A DNA stretch of 63,493 bases, filler included, from Octopus bimaculoides (Eukaryota), in the NCBI RefSeq assembly GCF_001194135.2. It is 5 parts of 5 records of this genome, joined end to end, with 100 filler letters (N's around TTAATTAATTAA, not from the genome) between each part and the next. Parts side by side here need not be neighbours in the genome. Positions count along the whole stretch, not along the records: positions 59,417 to 63,493 come from NC_068983.1; 4 more parts are not named here. One strand, given 5' to 3'. This document shows, one piece after another, positions 62,946 through 63,493 of the stretch; position 1 is the stretch's first letter; the number at the start of each line of letters is the position of its first letter. The notes beneath the pieces were generated by a model, which saw only the letters and a program-made list of their open reading frames with translations, ran no database searches and was not told where the DNA came from. A program made the translations under genes and the position numbers.

Positions 62946-63369
62946 TTCTAGATCTCCAGTCTGGCAATATTTCTAAATATCGATAGTTCGGTATTTTAAT
63001 CGATAGTTCAAAATAATGTTTTTGCTATATTTATCTAAAAAGCGCTTTGTTTTTGTCAGTGATCCTACATTACAAACTGAAACAAATATATCGAAATGTC
63101 GATGGTGGATATCCAACATTAGACGAGGAAGATTCAGTTGTTTGATCTACTTAATTATCTGCTCCTGAGTTGAGATGTAAGTAACTAACATTCCACACAC
63201 ACATGTACTCTTAATGTAATTTTCAGACAGAATCAGCGTTACGTAGTGTATGGCAGAGCTGTACTTTTTGAATTACAGATACAATCCACCAGATGGCGTT
63301 CTCTATACCTTCCGTATGCCCAATTCTAAAATAAATTGACATGACGTTTATCTTATTTTTTTCTTTATA

Positions 63370-63493
63370 ATATTTATTTCAGTCATTAAACTGCGATTAT
63401 GCTGGGGCACCGCCTTGAAGAATTTTTAGTCCAACGTAAAGACACCAGCACTGGCTGTCAAGCGGAAATGGAGAACAAATACAGACACAAAGA
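63370..63493 (-). mobile_element. Degenerate SINE family A 3' part
   Basis: TTTCAGTCATTAAACTGCGATTATGCTGGGGCACCGCC. Confidence 0.6.

Overview
AT-rich, gap-rich eukaryotic scaffold. Its tRNA-derived SINE families and very dense microsatellites look like an octopus (coleoid cephalopod) draft assembly; this is an inference from repeat content. The only well-supported host gene is a TTC19 homologue (mitochondrial TPR protein, complex III biogenesis). Almost all of its CDS lies in one 1018-nt terminal exon (5928-6945, + strand), and its 5' exons are only tentatively located. The rest is transposable elements: four recurring SINE families (labelled A-D here); a young Ty3/Gypsy element with 283-bp LTRs and a 5-bp TSD (9882-11714); a decayed CsRn1-like Gypsy; RTE, R4/Dong, HERO and CR1-like LINE fragments; mariner, pogo and hAT elements and MITEs; Helentron-type non-autonomous elements; and Penelope-like terminal repeats. 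The most unusual signal is the young Gypsy's primer-binding position. It lacks the canonical TGG and reads AGCTATTTCGGC, the exact complement of nucleotides 1-12 of metazoan tRNA-Phe, and it can also pair with the LTR's own 5' end, suggesting non-canonical priming. Other leads are a 49-bp fold-back inside a rearranged SINE, a LINE sitting in (ACAT)n, ribozyme-like motifs and a SINE-poor 14-kb stretch with orphan exon candidates. Most listed ORFs are artefacts of N-runs and microsatellites. No CRISPR, rRNA or true tRNA genes were seen.
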